The position numbers were made by a program, and so were the translations under genes. Below the pieces are notes generated by a model that was given only the letters and a program-made list of their open reading frames with translations, did not search any database and was not told where the DNA came from. From an uncultured Armatimonadia bacterium (GTDB lineage Bacteria > Armatimonadota > Zipacnadia > CAVVLO01), in the NCBI GenBank assembly GCA_963749155.1, contig CAVVLO010000003.1, positions 384,001 to 448,000 of the forward strand: 64,000 nucleotides of DNA, read 5' to 3'. This document shows positions 21,522 through 32,936 of this stretch, piece by piece. How positions within the stretch are numbered: position 1 is the first letter of the stretch; every line of letters starts with the position of its first letter.

Positions 21522-23258
21522 CTATTCAAGTACGCCAAGCTCTACACCAGGGATCTCGCCACGCGGATAACACTTCAGGCGGAAGGCGGAGCTGCCAGCG
21601 GGTAGCGAGAGCTCCAGTCGGGCAAGAGAGGGGAAATCGCAGGCCTCTTCGACGCCCACAGGGCCGATTGGGAGTTCGGCTTGCACCTCGCCAAGGCTCT
21701 CGTAACGCTTGATGCGACTCCAGAGAGACCCCCAATAGAAAAGGCCCTGTCCTGCCTCGTGGCAGAAGACATTGGCTTCAAAGAGCAGATTAAGGTCTTC
21801 CAGTGAAAGCCCCACCGGCTGGGCGCTCGGGTCTTTCGCCACATAATCGGCTGCTATATCTTCCTCCGGCCCTTCTTCCACCTTTTGCTGCTGAAGGGCC
21901 TTAGGCCAGTGGCGTTCATCTTCCTGGGCGAACCAGCCCCAAAGCTGCGCGTCCCGGTTCCAGGCCAGCACATTGTTACGGATGACGTTGTCGTGATTCC
22001 AGACGGGCCGCTCTGTGTGGTCTTCAATCTGAGGGGTGGTGCGAAATTGCTCGCGAAAAGCAAAGCCCTCCCGGTTGCCCACCAGCAGGTTGCGCTCGAT
22101 TGTGCAGCCAGGCGAACTGGAGAGCACAATCCCCGCTTGCATACCCCAGGCGCCTGCAGTGTCGGCGAGGCCATTGCCGACCGCTACATTGTCATGCGCG
22201 TGAAGGCCATAGGATATCTCGTAGAAGAGCCCTGCCTCCAGATTGTCGAGGAAGAGGCAGTTGGCGACTTCTATAGCCTCATTGCCAATGTCGAACCACA
22301 GGCCTGTGCCGATGTTCTCGACGAACTGCGACCGCATCACCCGGATGCCCCGAGAGAGGCAAAGCTTGGAGCCTCCCCCTTCCCACCCACGATTCCAGCC
22401 TTTGGAGTTGTTGCCGCGCACCAGGCAGTCCGTCACGAGCAGGTTATGCGCCTCAGTGCCTCCCAGACCAACCTCTCCATTGGCTTCAAAACGGCAATAG
22501 GCCAATATACAATCATCGCCCGAGACAGTCAGGCCATTGGCGTTCATCCGCGTTATGGCGCAGTTCGAGAAGACACAGTGGTTGCCTGAAACTAGTACCC
22601 CGCCGCTTTGGGCCTGATTGGCGGCGTAGCGGAAGTTAAGGCCTCGAATATGGAGATGGTTCCCTTTCAGCTCAAGCACTGAGGAGCGGGCCGAAGCCTC
22701 GATAGGCGCCAGCCCCTGAGTCAGATCAACATTGTCAGCAGTCCAGACAAAGAGGCGCTTGCCCTCTTCATCCACCCAGAAGGTGCCTCTGGCAAGTTCT
22801 TCTTTCCGAAGCACCTGCCTCAAAGGGAGGCCTGATGCGAAGACCTGCTCCGCGCGCCCAATAAGCAGGTGATAGTCATCGCCGGGATGGGAGCGAGTTT
22901 CGCTCCAGCCTATGAAGAGGTGATCCCAGGGGGTGCTGAAGAGATTGAACTCTTCGCTTTCTCTTTGCCAGTCGGTCAGCTTGTCAGCGCCGGTGAGAGT
23001 CACCCGGGCATTAGGCGCAGCTTCAATCGTTATGGGCGCCTCTTCCGTACCGCTGGCTTCGATGATGACTTGTTCACGATAGAGGCCGGAATGGATTTGG
23101 ACGGTATCGCCTGGCTCAAGTCCAGCAGCGACGGCCTCCGAGACAGAAGCGAATTGTTCCTCTTCGGGTACCTCCGGAAGAGGAGATTGCGCCACGTGCA
23201 AGAGGCGCGCCGAAGAGGGCAACGCCATCAGCAAAAGAGCTAGCGCAAGCAGGGCCAC
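21522..23258 (-). CDS. Secreted right-handed parallel beta-helix protein
   Basis: PGDTVQIHSGLYRE and Asn/Gly ladders (GLWFDIGN, GLFYEISY); start probably GTG 23258, right after the upstream stop. Confidence 0.8.
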   Translation of the reverse strand: MALLALALLLMALPSSARLLHVAQSPLPEVPEEEQFASVSEAVAAGLEPGDTVQIHSGLYREQVIIEASGTEEAPITIEAAPNARVTLTGADKLTDWQRESEEFNLFSTPWDHLFIGWSETRSHPGDDYHLLIGRAEQVFASGLPLRQVLRKEELARGTFWVDEEGKRLFVWTADNVDLTQGLAPIEASARSSVLELKGNHLHIRGLNFRYAANQAQSGGVLVSGNHCVFSNCAITRMNANGLTVSGDDCILAYCRFEANGEVGLGGTEAHNLLVTDCLVRGNNSKGWNRGWEGGGSKLCLSRGIRVMRSQFVENIGTGLWFDIGNEAIEVANCLFLDNLEAGLFYEISYGLHAHDNVAVGNGLADTAGAWGMQAGIVLSSSPGCTIERNLLVGNREGFAFREQFRTTPQIEDHTERPVWNHDNVIRNNVLAWNRDAQLWGWFAQEDERHWPKALQQQKVEEGPEEDIAADYVAKDPSAQPVGLSLEDLNLLFEANVFCHEAGQGLFYWGSLWSRIKRYESLGEVQAELPIGPVGVEEACDFPSLARLELSLPAGSSAFRLKCYPRGEIPGVELGVLE

Positions 23259-23259
23259 G

Positions 23260-24554
23260 CTAATCGAAGACCTGTTGCAAGAGCTGCCTGGTGGTTTCAA
23301 CGATTATCCCCCCCGCCTCTGGGGCAAGCAGGCTCGTGACCGCAGGCCAGGTACTGTAGCCACCTCGCGGGAAAGCCTCAGCAATCGGCACATAGCCCAC
23401 ATACCCGTCGGTAAGCTGCGAGATGAGCGTAATCGCGGCCGGAGAGGCGTCCTTGATGGCAATCCCATGTTCTACATAGAACTCGGCAGGGTTCGTACAG
23501 ATTACCGCATCGCCCAGGCGCAGCACATTGACATGAGTTGGCCAGGGACTGCGCGTAGCCAGCAGCTCCGGCCAGAGGGCTTTCTGGCTGACATAATAGT
23601 CTTTGAAGCCGCCCTCTTCCCATTCCTCTGGCTTAAGTGATTCTGGCCATTGGCGGATGGGGATTGGCACGACAGCCTGAGCAAGCGAGAGGCGCTGAGA
23701 GGCCATCGGCGCCATCGTGCTGGCCATTGTCTTGAGTATCTCGGCGCCCAGATAAACCCCCGCGCGCTGCCAGCCGGACTCTTCGCGCCAGGGCTGATAA
23801 CCTGTCGGATTGTTTTCCAGTTGGCTTGGCGCCTGGTTTCCAGCGGCGCCCGGTCAGATAGACAAGCTTAACTCGAGGGCCAAGGTTGCGCTCCAGGAAG
23901 GAACGTAGCGACCCGACCAGATCGGCGCTGTAATAGCAGTGTTGCTCCATCGTGTTGGGATGGATGGCGAAAGAGGAGATGATGGCCTTAAGGCCCTCCT
24001 GCGGCTCTTTCTACAAAGACGATGGGCAAGCCGCCCATCTCGAGGCCCTTCGACGCCATCGAAATCGTCTGCCCAACTGCCGTGGTACATATCCACCCGG
24101 CCATCTTTGTGGTAGCCACGGCGGTTGTAGGCAAGCTCCTCCAGGAAGCCCTCTCCGGAAAAGAGACGGGCTTCTTCCAAATCGGCGATAGCCGCCTGAA
24201 CCACCTCGACCAGCGCGGTTGCAAGCCACTCGAGATAATCAGGATCAGGCTCACCGGCCATCCCGCCCCGGATGACTGGCCCAAGATGGGTGTGGGTCGA
24301 GGCCAGCAGGACGCGGTTACCAGCGAGGCCAAGGGCAGCCTCGACTCGGGCCTTCACGTCGGCCGTGAATTCTTCCGTCAGCATCGCCAGGTCCGAGGAG
24401 ACAAGCACAACAGGCGGTCTCGCCCTCGGCAAAGGCCACCGCGGTCGCCATCAGGGGATCGTGAGTATATTCCGCGATCCGGACATGCATCTGGCCCTGA
24501 AAGCGCAAGCGGCTTGTCGGGTGTAATATCGCGCGAAGCAACGCCTACCTGCAT
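23260..24554 (-). CDS. Neutral/alkaline ceramidase-like hydrolase (multiple frameshifts)
   Basis: MQVGVASRDITP, HDPLMATA, STHTHLGP, YNRR, HP, SADLVG, PAEFYVEHG, GYVGYVP...GGYS across ORFs 24317-24541, 23854-24432, 23633-23950 and 23260-23727. Confidence 0.7.
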
Positions 24555-25833
24555 CAGTCTCTCCCCTCCATCGGTATCTGATCGAGCTGCTCGAAGACCT
24601 TCCGGATGCCATACGCGAGGGCGTCAAGCTCTTCTTCGGACGCCGGCGGGCGATGACTGTCCACAGAAAGCTGGATCATCGAATCTACGCACTGCCAGGA
24701 AACGGGATACTGGTCGAGGTTGTAGTCCACTTCGCGTCCCACGGTATGGCAGCTCCAGGGGCAACCTTTGCCATAAGCGTGTTTGGCCTGGATGATGGCA
24801 TGCGAGGGAAGCATCCAGCGGGGTTGCCCTACCGGGATGCCCTCTGCCGCCGATGGCCGCAAAGACCGCGTCCCGGAAGGTCCGAAAGCGGCAGATCGCC
24901 CGCGGCGGCGGGATCTGTGCGCATCGCAAAGGCATACCCATTGCTGGTCTGGTCGGGTGAATCATAGGGCAGCACGAGGCCTGGAATGCCTTCCAAAGCG
25001 CTTCTCAGCTTTACGAAATTGACGCGAGTCTGGGCATTGGTCTCATCGAGGCGCGAGAGGGCACTTCTGCCATAGGCGGCGGCCAGGTCGGAGGGGCGAT
25101 ACATCCACCCCATCGGGAAGCTGTCGAAGTTGCGCTCTTCATAGCGAGAGCGCATCTCGCCGAAGCTCATCAAGGACCGCGCGCCAGAAAGCAACGCTTC
25201 ATCGTCGGTGACGAAGAGCCCCCCTTCCCCTCCAGAAAGGTTCTTGTTCTGGTTGAGGCTGAAGGCCGAGGCGTGGCCAATTGTGCCTGTTTTTCGCCCT
25301 TTGTAGAGGCTTCCATGCGCCTGACAGCCATCTTCGATAACGTAAAGGTTGTGTTTTGCTGCAATCGCCATCAGGCGGTCCATCTCGCAAGGCAGGCCCC
25401 AATAATGCACAGGCAGGATGGCTTTCGTGAAGGGCGTTATCGCTGCCTCGACGGCATCTGGATCGAGCAGCATCGTCGCCCAGTCCACATCCACGAAGAC
25501 CGGGATGGCGTTGTGGTGCAGGATGCAGGTCATAGAACTCGTCCATGAGACGGCAGTGGTTATGACCTCATCGCCAGGCCCTATACCACAGGCGGCCAGT
25601 GCCATATGCAGAGCGGAGGTGCCACTGTTGGTCGCCAGGCAGAACTGGTTGCCATTCCACCTGGCCCATTCCTGCTGCAGCAACTCACAGTTAGGGCCCC
25701 AGGCGTGCATCTTCTGATGCAGTGAGGCCAGCACAAATTCTTCATCCTGCTTCGTCACAGGCGGCCAGCGACCAGGCTCGATTACATAGGGGAAGGCTTT
25801 GGGGCCTCCGAGAATCGCGAGCTTTTCTGCCAA
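24554..25833 (-). CDS. DegT/DnrJ/EryC1/StrS PLP-dependent aminotransferase (frameshift near 24850)
   Basis: KLAILGG, NSGTSALH, GPGDEVI, VIEDGCQAHG, FSLNQNKNLSGGEGG. Confidence 0.88.
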
Positions 25834-25838
25834 TTTGA

Positions 25839-26241
25839 TCACCCAAGATGTGGTAGTTGCTTGCTGGTTTCGGTATAGCAATGCAATTCGATGCGGTTGT
25901 CATCGGGATCGGCAATCCAGGACTGCCAGCTATTATCTGAGCCGAAGAAGGGATCAGAGGCGTCTATACCCTTTGCTCTGAGGGCTTCAACGCTGAGCCG
26001 GCAGGTCATCTACCTCAAGACAGAGATGCTGGTAGCTGCCGCGATTTGCGGTCAATTCGGGGGTTCCGATAAATAGCTCGATAAAGCTGCGGCCGCCGAC
26101 TTTCAGGTAGACGCCGAAACGCTTGCCCTCCTCGTTGATGAAGTCGAAGGCAGGCTCGAGGCCGAGTTTGTCCACGTAGAAATCAAGTGCAGCGTCCAGA
26201 TCGCGAACAATGTAGCAGACATGCGCAAGGGCGGTTATCAT
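25839..26241 (-). CDS. VOC/glyoxalase family protein (frameshift near 26000)
   Basis: LAHVCYIVRDLDAALDFY, FIELF, HLCLEVDD, then WIADPDDNRIELH in a shifted frame. Confidence 0.85.
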
Positions 26242-26274
26242 AAGTTCCTCCACTACCCAAAAGGTGCCCTAGAG

Positions 26275-26331
26275 GTTCGCTCATCCGCTCGCCCCCCCTG
26301 CCTGGCAGGTTTATGAGCTTTCTGTCAGAAC
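26275..26331. promoter_or_regulatory. Back-to-back AGG-N17-GAAC promoters
   Basis: Minus AGGG 26299-26296 and GAAC 26278-26275; plus AGGT 26307-26310 and GAAC 26328-26331. Confidence 0.55.
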
Positions 26332-26364
26332 CTTGTAGCAGTCCTCAGCAGAAGGAGCCACCTG

Positions 26365-29039
26365 ATGAGATATGCGGTTTGCCTCGCTTTACTGATATTG
26401 CTGGCCTTTGGCGCCCTCTCGGTCGCCCAGAACGGCCCTCGACAGACTCCGGCCTGGGATGTGCGCGCCGACAGTTGGGTCGCCACTGATGTCCTCGACC
26501 GCGTTCTGCCAGGCTTCGCAGAGGTCGGCCCTCCCCGTGAGGACCGGTGGGTGGGTATCTTCTACTTCCTCTGGCTGGACCGAATCTACTCCGGCAGGCC
26601 CTGGGATGTGACCGAAGTACTCGCGCAGGAACCTTCTCAACGCATCTGGCCAATGTCAACGATGAACTGGGGCGAGTCGGAAGACGGGTATTACATAAGC
26701 AGCGACCCTTATGTTGTGCGCAAACACTGCAATCTGCTGGTGGACGCGGGCGTGGACACGCTGATTTTCGACACCAGCAACGCTGTACTGTATCTCGACA
26801 CGCTGAAGGCCCTCTGTGACACCTATCTGCAGATACGCTCGGAGGGCGGCAAGACGCCTCAACTGACCTTCCTCATCCACAATGACGCAGCTCGGAACCT
26901 CTTCGAGCAGTTTTTCTCTATCGAACGCTACAAAGAACTGTGGTTTTACTGGAAGGGTAAACCGCTGATTCTGCCTGTCAGAGAGCCCTCAGGTCTCGAC
27001 CAGGAGCTGAAGGACTTCTTTACGCTGCGTCATTGCTGGGCCTGGACCAGCGGCCAGGACACCTGGAGCTGGGTCACCCATTGGCCCCAGCAGTATGGCT
27101 GGCACGAGTCGCCTGACCTTCCTGAGGAGCTTTCGGTCTCCATCGCGCAGCACCCGACCACCAACTACGGCCGTAGCAATCTGGGCAATGTGCAACCGCC
27201 CTATGATGACGACTTCCGCACAGGCACCGAGCACCTGGGCCTGTACTTCGAGCAGCAGTGGCAGCGCGCCCTGGAGGTAGATCCGGAGTTTATCTATGTC
27301 ACAGGCTGGAACGAGTGGATAGCGGGTCATTACATTGTCCAGCCAGGGACAGATACCGCCTTCCTGGGCAAGCAGCTCAACCTGGGTGACTTCTTCCACG
27401 TGGATGGGTTCAACGAAGAATATAGCCGCGATGCCGAACCGATGAACGGTGGCTACAGCGATAACTACTACTTCCAGCTTGCTTCCTTTATAAGGAAATA
27501 CAAGGGAGTCAGGCCCCCTGAGGTCGCCAGCGCTGCGAAGACAATTGCCCTCGATGGCGACTTCTCAGACTGGGCCGAGGTCGGCCCGGAATACCGCGAC
27601 CACCTGTATGACCCAGTAAGTCGCGACTGGCCAGGGGCATCACACCTCATTCAGTATGTAAACAACTCAGGCCGCAACGATCTGGTTGCCTTCAAAGTGG
27701 CCCAGGATGCGAATTTCGTTTACTTCTACGCGAAGACGCGCCAGCCGCTGACGCCTTACAACGACAAGGGCTGGATGCAGCTTTACCTCGACACGGACCA
27801 GAGCCGCGCCACAGGCTGGGAAGGCTATGACTACGCCGTCAAACGTCATCGGCCCGCGCACCGCGACTACAACGACTCTGGCCCGCGCAGTCGGCAAACC
27901 CATGGTGGCCAAAATCAGCCGGTTGGAGCCAGCCCAACTTGGGGCTTCCTCCAACAGGGGGGCGCTGGAAGAGGATCTGCCACCTGCCCTGGAGGGCTCG
28001 CAGTGGATCTGGGGACCGGGCACAGGCCTCAATGCTCCGCCTGGCAAAATCTGGCTACGGAAAAACTTCGACCTGCCTGATGAGCAACTGGCCGAGGCGA
28101 GGCTAATTGTCACCTGTGACAATTCTTTCGTGCTGTTCGTGAACGGCCAACAGGTGGCTACAGGGGATGCCTGGGATACCCCTGTGGAGGCGGACCTGAC
28201 TGCTCTGCTGCGCCCCGGCCCCAACAGCCTGGCAGTGGAAGCCCTCAACCTGGGAGAGGGCGACAACTTCACGGGGCTGGTTGCAACCTTAAAGTGCGCG
28301 CCCTGGGAAAGCGCCCTTGCTCTTAAGAACAGACTCGTCGTGGCGTTTCAGCTCAGAGCAACCAGGCGCCGGCTGGACGGAGGCCGACTTCGAGGACAGC
28401 AGCTGGCAGCAGGCGCGCGAGCTTGGCGCTTATGGCAACTATCCCTGGATCAAGGGCGCCCAGCCCGCCAACCCGTTGCTTTTCACCTGGCTACCTGGCA
28501 GCGAGGCCCGTTATCTGGAGTGCGACCTTGACGCGCCGATGCGCCTGACTTCAACCCGGGTCGAGTGGGCCACTGGCACTTTTCCAGTTGGAGAGCTGGC
28601 CACGCCGACCGAGTGGCGTCTCTATTACGAAGCCGAGGGGCGCTGGGTGGAAGTACCGAACCCAAGCGGGTATGCGAACGCGGTTGCCCAGGGCAACCGC
28701 ACGACTTTCGATCCCATCGTCACCAACAGGCTGCGCCTCGAGCTGCGCGCGCCTGAAGAAAGCCCTGTTGGACTCTTCAAGTGGGAAGTCACCGGCTGCC
28801 CTGCGCCGGCCGACCAACCGCCCGTGCAGTGGGCGGAAGTCACGTCCGACATCCAGTACCGCGCCTCTGGCAGCGAGCTGGAGCTCGCTCTGCCTCGCAG
28901 TCTCCTTGGCGAGGGTAGCGAAGTGAGCCTGGACTTCCACTGGGCCGATAATCCCCAGTCGCTGTATGACCTCCTGGAGTTCTCCATCAACGGCGACAGC
29001 GCGCCAGAGCGGCGTTACAACTACCGCTATGGCAATTAG
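26365..29039 (+). CDS. Large secreted GH99-like protein with inserted carbohydrate-binding modules (frameshifts near 27840 and 28310)
   Basis: Signal peptide, VGIFYFLW, WFYWKGKPL, TGWNEW, SRDAEPM; WIWG..DNSFVLFVNG and discoidin-like segments; ORFs 26365-28080, 27827-28531 and 28317-29039. Confidence 0.65.
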
Positions 29040-29052
29040 GGAGGGTACTAAA

Positions 29053-32000
29053 ATGCGCCTGCTGCTTCTGCTTCTGCTCCTTGTCGCAACCGTCAGCCTG
29101 GCTGATGTGAAGCGTATCCCGGAGGGCTTCCTCCTGACCTGTCCTCGCGGTGAGGCCCTGCTGTCGGGCTCTGACGGCAGCCTGCTTGAGCTGCGCGAGG
29201 CCGGCCGCGACTCGGTGCTGGCAAGTGGCGAAGACGGCCTCTGGAAGCTTCGCTTCGAAGATGGCCACACGCTTGCTGCGTCCGAATTCGGCGGGCCGAA
29301 GGCCAATCTCTCTTTCGAGGCAACAATTGATGAGGCGGCAGGCGCGCTGAGACTGGAATACCGAGGGCCCGAAGGTCAGGTGCGGGTGAGCCTTGTCCCC
29401 TATGCAAGAGGCTTCGAGCTAACTGGCGAAGTAGCCTTCCCCAGCGCGCCGGTACTCGATTTTCAGCTTCCTGCAAGACTGCGATTTGCGACTGAAGGGC
29501 TCCATCAAGTCGTCGTGCCCGAGGATGGCAATCAGGGCGTTGGCTATTCGTTGCTGCGGCAGTGGTTCGAGCGTCAGCCGCAAGAGCGCCCCTCTGCCTG
29601 GACCTCCGAGGTGAAGGGCGGCGAGGCTTATACCCGCCTTGTGGGCGAAGGGGTCGGGATGGGCCCAGTGCAGGACACGGCGGTACCCCTCACCGTCACT
29701 GACCAGGGCAAAGCGTGGCTTCCGGAGGCTACGGTCGCGCTGCTTGGGCGCTCGATGGCCCTCTCTAACCGGCCCTCGCCGCGCGGCAGAAGCGATGTCA
29801 TCCTGGTGGACTCGTCCAAAGGGCCCTGGTTTGCTGGTACTCAACTTGGAGGGACTGGCTGGCTCTGGCGACCGGGTGGCGGAGTCGGCGAAAACGAGGC
29901 GCCCTTGTTGCTTGCGACCGTTACAGGCGTGCTGGACAAGCTTTCGGAAGTCAATCCGCAGGCGCCCTTCCGCGTTGGGTTGATTTCACTTGAGAGAGGC
30001 CCCGAACAAGGCAGTTGGGCTTATACCAAAGTGGCTGAGTGGCAGCAGCAACTCACCCGCTGGCAGGGCCTCAAGGGTCGCCGAATCGAAATACGAGAGT
30101 TACAAGACCTTCCGGCCCTTCAGCAGGCGCTCGGGGAGGGCCAGTTGCAGGCGATAATCAATCCTTATGGCGAGTCGCTCCCTGCTTTCCCCGAAGAGCA
30201 GGGCGGCTTCGAGGCCACGATTGACGCTATCGCAAGCTACGTGAAGGCGGGTGGAAGCTGGTTCGAGACAGGTGGTTATCCCTTCTTCTCGGCAATGAAG
30301 CCCGTGCTCTACTATGGCCATCAGGTTAATTATCCGGCTGCCTTCAGCGATTTCTTCCACGTTGCGACGGAGCAAGGCCAGGTGGCCCTCTTCCGCGTGG
30401 CGCCGCGCACCTGGGATGCCTGGGCTGGGGCCGCGGACCCGACGAAGCTCTTCGTGCCCGGCAGGCTGGCCTTCGGCGCCGATGAGCAGGGAGGCTGGGC
30501 CGAGCATACCTTCTGCACCTGGGTGAAGGAGGGCGAGACCTGGCGCGCTCCCCTCGTGCATCTGCAGATTGGCCAGGGGGCAGAGCAAGCTCTGGAAGCC
30601 TACCGTGAGGCCAACGCGCTCACCGTGCCGCTGGCCGCCAAATTCGCTACTCCTGAGGCCTGTGACGCCTTCCGGAAGGCCGTTCTGCTCTATCTGGGAG
30701 GCACCGCAGAGGCCAAGACGGCGTATCTCGACAAGCTGCCTTCGCCCACCTACATCCATTTTGCCGACTATCTGAAGGGTGGCTTCGACAAACAGTATCC
30801 CGACCATCTCCCACCGGCGTCCAATTTCGGCACCAGCGAGCAGTTCCACGCCTTGTTCGACCGCGCGCATGAGCTGGGCCATCTGGTCGTGCCCTATACC
30901 AACCCCACCTGGTGGTGCGACCATCCGAAAGGCCCGACCTTTGAGGCGGCAGGCGAGGAGCCACTGCTCAAGCACCGGGATGGGACGGCAAATTATGAGC
31001 GTTACGCCGCCAATGATGGCTGGACGATTACCTTCTGGCACCCGGCGGTGCAGGCGGCTAACCGCAAGACACGCAGCCAGTTCTCCGAGGATTACAGCGT
31101 AGATGTCCTGTTCCAGGACCAGTGCGGGGCGCGCGGCTGGCAGTATGACTTCAATCCGGCCTCTCCCACCCCCGCAGCCTACAGCGATGGGCTTATCTCG
31201 TTGGTGCAGGAAGACAGCAAAGTGCGGCCCCTTTCTACCGAAGCTGGCTGGGATGGGGTCCTCAACTATGAAGCGCAACTGTGCGGGCTGTCCTGGAGCC
31301 TGGTCCCTACCGCAGGCGGGCCCGAATGGCGCACCTTGAAACACAACCAATGGGCCCCTGAAACCTGGCGAGTCTACCCCCTTGCCCAGCGCGTGGCCCA
31401 TCAGGGCGCGGCGATGCTGTACCACGACCTGGGGCAGTTCGTGACGAACGATGAGACCCTAGCCTGGACGCTGGGACTGGGCTTCTCGCTGAGTTACAGG
31501 CTTCAGGCTGCTGAACGCGAGTCTGACGCGCCTCTTGAATGGCTGCGCTGGCTGGACAGGCTTCAGAAATCCGTCATCGCCCGCTATGTTGGCGAGGCGG
31601 TCGGCAGTTTCGAGCATGACAGAACAGCGGCCCTTACGCCTGCCGATGATGGAATCCTCCGGGCAACCTACGGCCCTGTCGAAGTTATCGCCAACCTCGG
31701 CCCCGCGCCCTATGAGGCGGAAGGCTTCACTCTGGCCGGTAAGGGCTTCCTTGTGAAAGGACCAGGCGTCTTCGCCGCCAACCTGGCTACCGATGACGAG
31801 ACAGGCCTTTCCTTCCTCTGGGAGAAGGAGGCCAAAGCCACTCGGCTTTGGGTTTACGAGGCCGAAGGGCGACAGGTGGAGGTGCTCCTGCCCGAGTGGG
31901 CGCCTCCGGCCCGCAGCCTGCTGGACGATGAGGATCGCGAATTGGCAAAAGCAGTGGGCCGGACGCTGACTTTCAATTTGCCAACAGCACCTGGCGCCAG

Positions 32001-32817
32001 TCGGGTGCTCGCCCCGCCGCAGCTAGCCAACCTGGCGCCAATTGACTGGAAAGGCCCGCGGCCCGTCGTTGCTGTAATCAACCTGCCTGGCCTGGCAGGC
32101 GCCTGGTCTACGGTATCTCCTGACCAGTGGCTGGAGGCTTTGGGCAAATCCTCTGTGGCCAGTCTGCATGGACTGGCTGTTGTGAAGCTGGAGACTCCAG
32201 AGCAGGTGATCGAGGCCCTCGAAGGTGGCCCTGCGCGCTGCCTGGCGATCATCAATCCTTACGGAGAGGTCTTCCCCACACTGGGCCCAAGCGACTGGAA
32301 ACAGATGCTCGCTCGCATACGAGGCTATGTCGAAAACGGAGGCTCCTGGTGGGAGACAGGCGGCTACTCCTTCCACTCGGCCGCTTACCCAACTTCAACT
32401 GGCTGGGCTTATACGGCGATTGGCCCGCAGGGCCTTGCCGAGTTTGGCCTGCCTATCGGGGGCGGCGAGATAGACCAGGCGCCAGAGCAGCTCTCGGTGC
32501 CGCGCGAAGGCCGGGCAATACTCGGGGAGGCGCTTGCAGACGAGCTCTCCGCTCTCAGTTCGACTGTAAACCGCGCGCTGCCATCCGGAGCAGGCGATCC
32601 TGGTCATATTACGCTGGCTGCCGGTCAGGGGCAGGACTATATCGGCGGCTACCGGCTTCAGGGCTGGGGGTGGCTCTGGCGAGTGGGCGGTTTCAATCCA
32701 AATCCGGAAGTCCTCGTCCCCCTCGTCACGCGCTCGCTGGAGTGGCTCTATACCTCCCCTGCGCCTGAGGTAAAGTCAGGTGGGATTAAGCGGCTGTGGA
32801 GTTTCAAATTACGGTAG
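29053..32817 (+). CDS. Large secreted protein, DUF6259-like putative glycoside hydrolase with duplicated accessory domain
   Basis: Signal peptide MRLLLLLLLLVA; GGFDKQYPDHLP, VPYTNPTWW, LFQDQCGAR; AIINPYGE...GGSW.ETGGY occurs twice. Confidence 0.7.
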   Translation: MRLLLLLLLLVATVSLADVKRIPEGFLLTCPRGEALLSGSDGSLLELREAGRDSVLASGEDGLWKLRFEDGHTLAASEFGGPKANLSFEATIDEAAGALRLEYRGPEGQVRVSLVPYARGFELTGEVAFPSAPVLDFQLPARLRFATEGLHQVVVPEDGNQGVGYSLLRQWFERQPQERPSAWTSEVKGGEAYTRLVGEGVGMGPVQDTAVPLTVTDQGKAWLPEATVALLGRSMALSNRPSPRGRSDVILVDSSKGPWFAGTQLGGTGWLWRPGGGVGENEAPLLLATVTGVLDKLSEVNPQAPFRVGLISLERGPEQGSWAYTKVAEWQQQLTRWQGLKGRRIEIRELQDLPALQQALGEGQLQAIINPYGESLPAFPEEQGGFEATIDAIASYVKAGGSWFETGGYPFFSAMKPVLYYGHQVNYPAAFSDFFHVATEQGQVALFRVAPRTWDAWAGAADPTKLFVPGRLAFGADEQGGWAEHTFCTWVKEGETWRAPLVHLQIGQGAEQALEAYREANALTVPLAAKFATPEACDAFRKAVLLYLGGTAEAKTAYLDKLPSPTYIHFADYLKGGFDKQYPDHLPPASNFGTSEQFHALFDRAHELGHLVVPYTNPTWWCDHPKGPTFEAAGEEPLLKHRDGTANYERYAANDGWTITFWHPAVQAANRKTRSQFSEDYSVDVLFQDQCGARGWQYDFNPASPTPAAYSDGLISLVQEDSKVRPLSTEAGWDGVLNYEAQLCGLSWSLVPTAGGPEWRTLKHNQWAPETWRVYPLAQRVAHQGAAMLYHDLGQFVTNDETLAWTLGLGFSLSYRLQAAERESDAPLEWLRWLDRLQKSVIARYVGEAVGSFEHDRTAALTPADDGILRATYGPVEVIANLGPAPYEAEGFTLAGKGFLVKGPGVFAANLATDDETGLSFLWEKEAKATRLWVYEAEGRQVEVLLPEWAPPARSLLDDEDRELAKAVGRTLTFNLPTAPGASRVLAPPQLANLAPIDWKGPRPVVAVINLPGLAGAWSTVSPDQWLEALGKSSVASLHGLAVVKLETPEQVIEALEGGPARCLAIINPYGEVFPTLGPSDWKQMLARIRGYVENGGSWWETGGYSFHSAAYPTSTGWAYTAIGPQGLAEFGLPIGGGEIDQAPEQLSVPREGRAILGEALADELSALSSTVNRALPSGAGDPGHITLAAGQGQDYIGGYRLQGWGWLWRVGGFNPNPEVLVPLVTRSLEWLYTSPAPEVKSGGIKRLWSFKLR

Positions 32818-32936
32818 ATTACTTGATTCAGATTTCATAAAAGCAGTGTACAATTGAAGGGTAAGCCCTTGCCAAAGAAATTGTCTATGCCCCATACCAA
32901 AGGCCTCACAAGTGGTACCTATAAGGAGGATACAGT

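Noticed and set aside
30100..31425. Long antisense ORFs (also 53206-54465, 55498-56577, 48650-49810)
   Set aside because: Shadow frames of real genes in GC-rich DNA; no motifs or RBS
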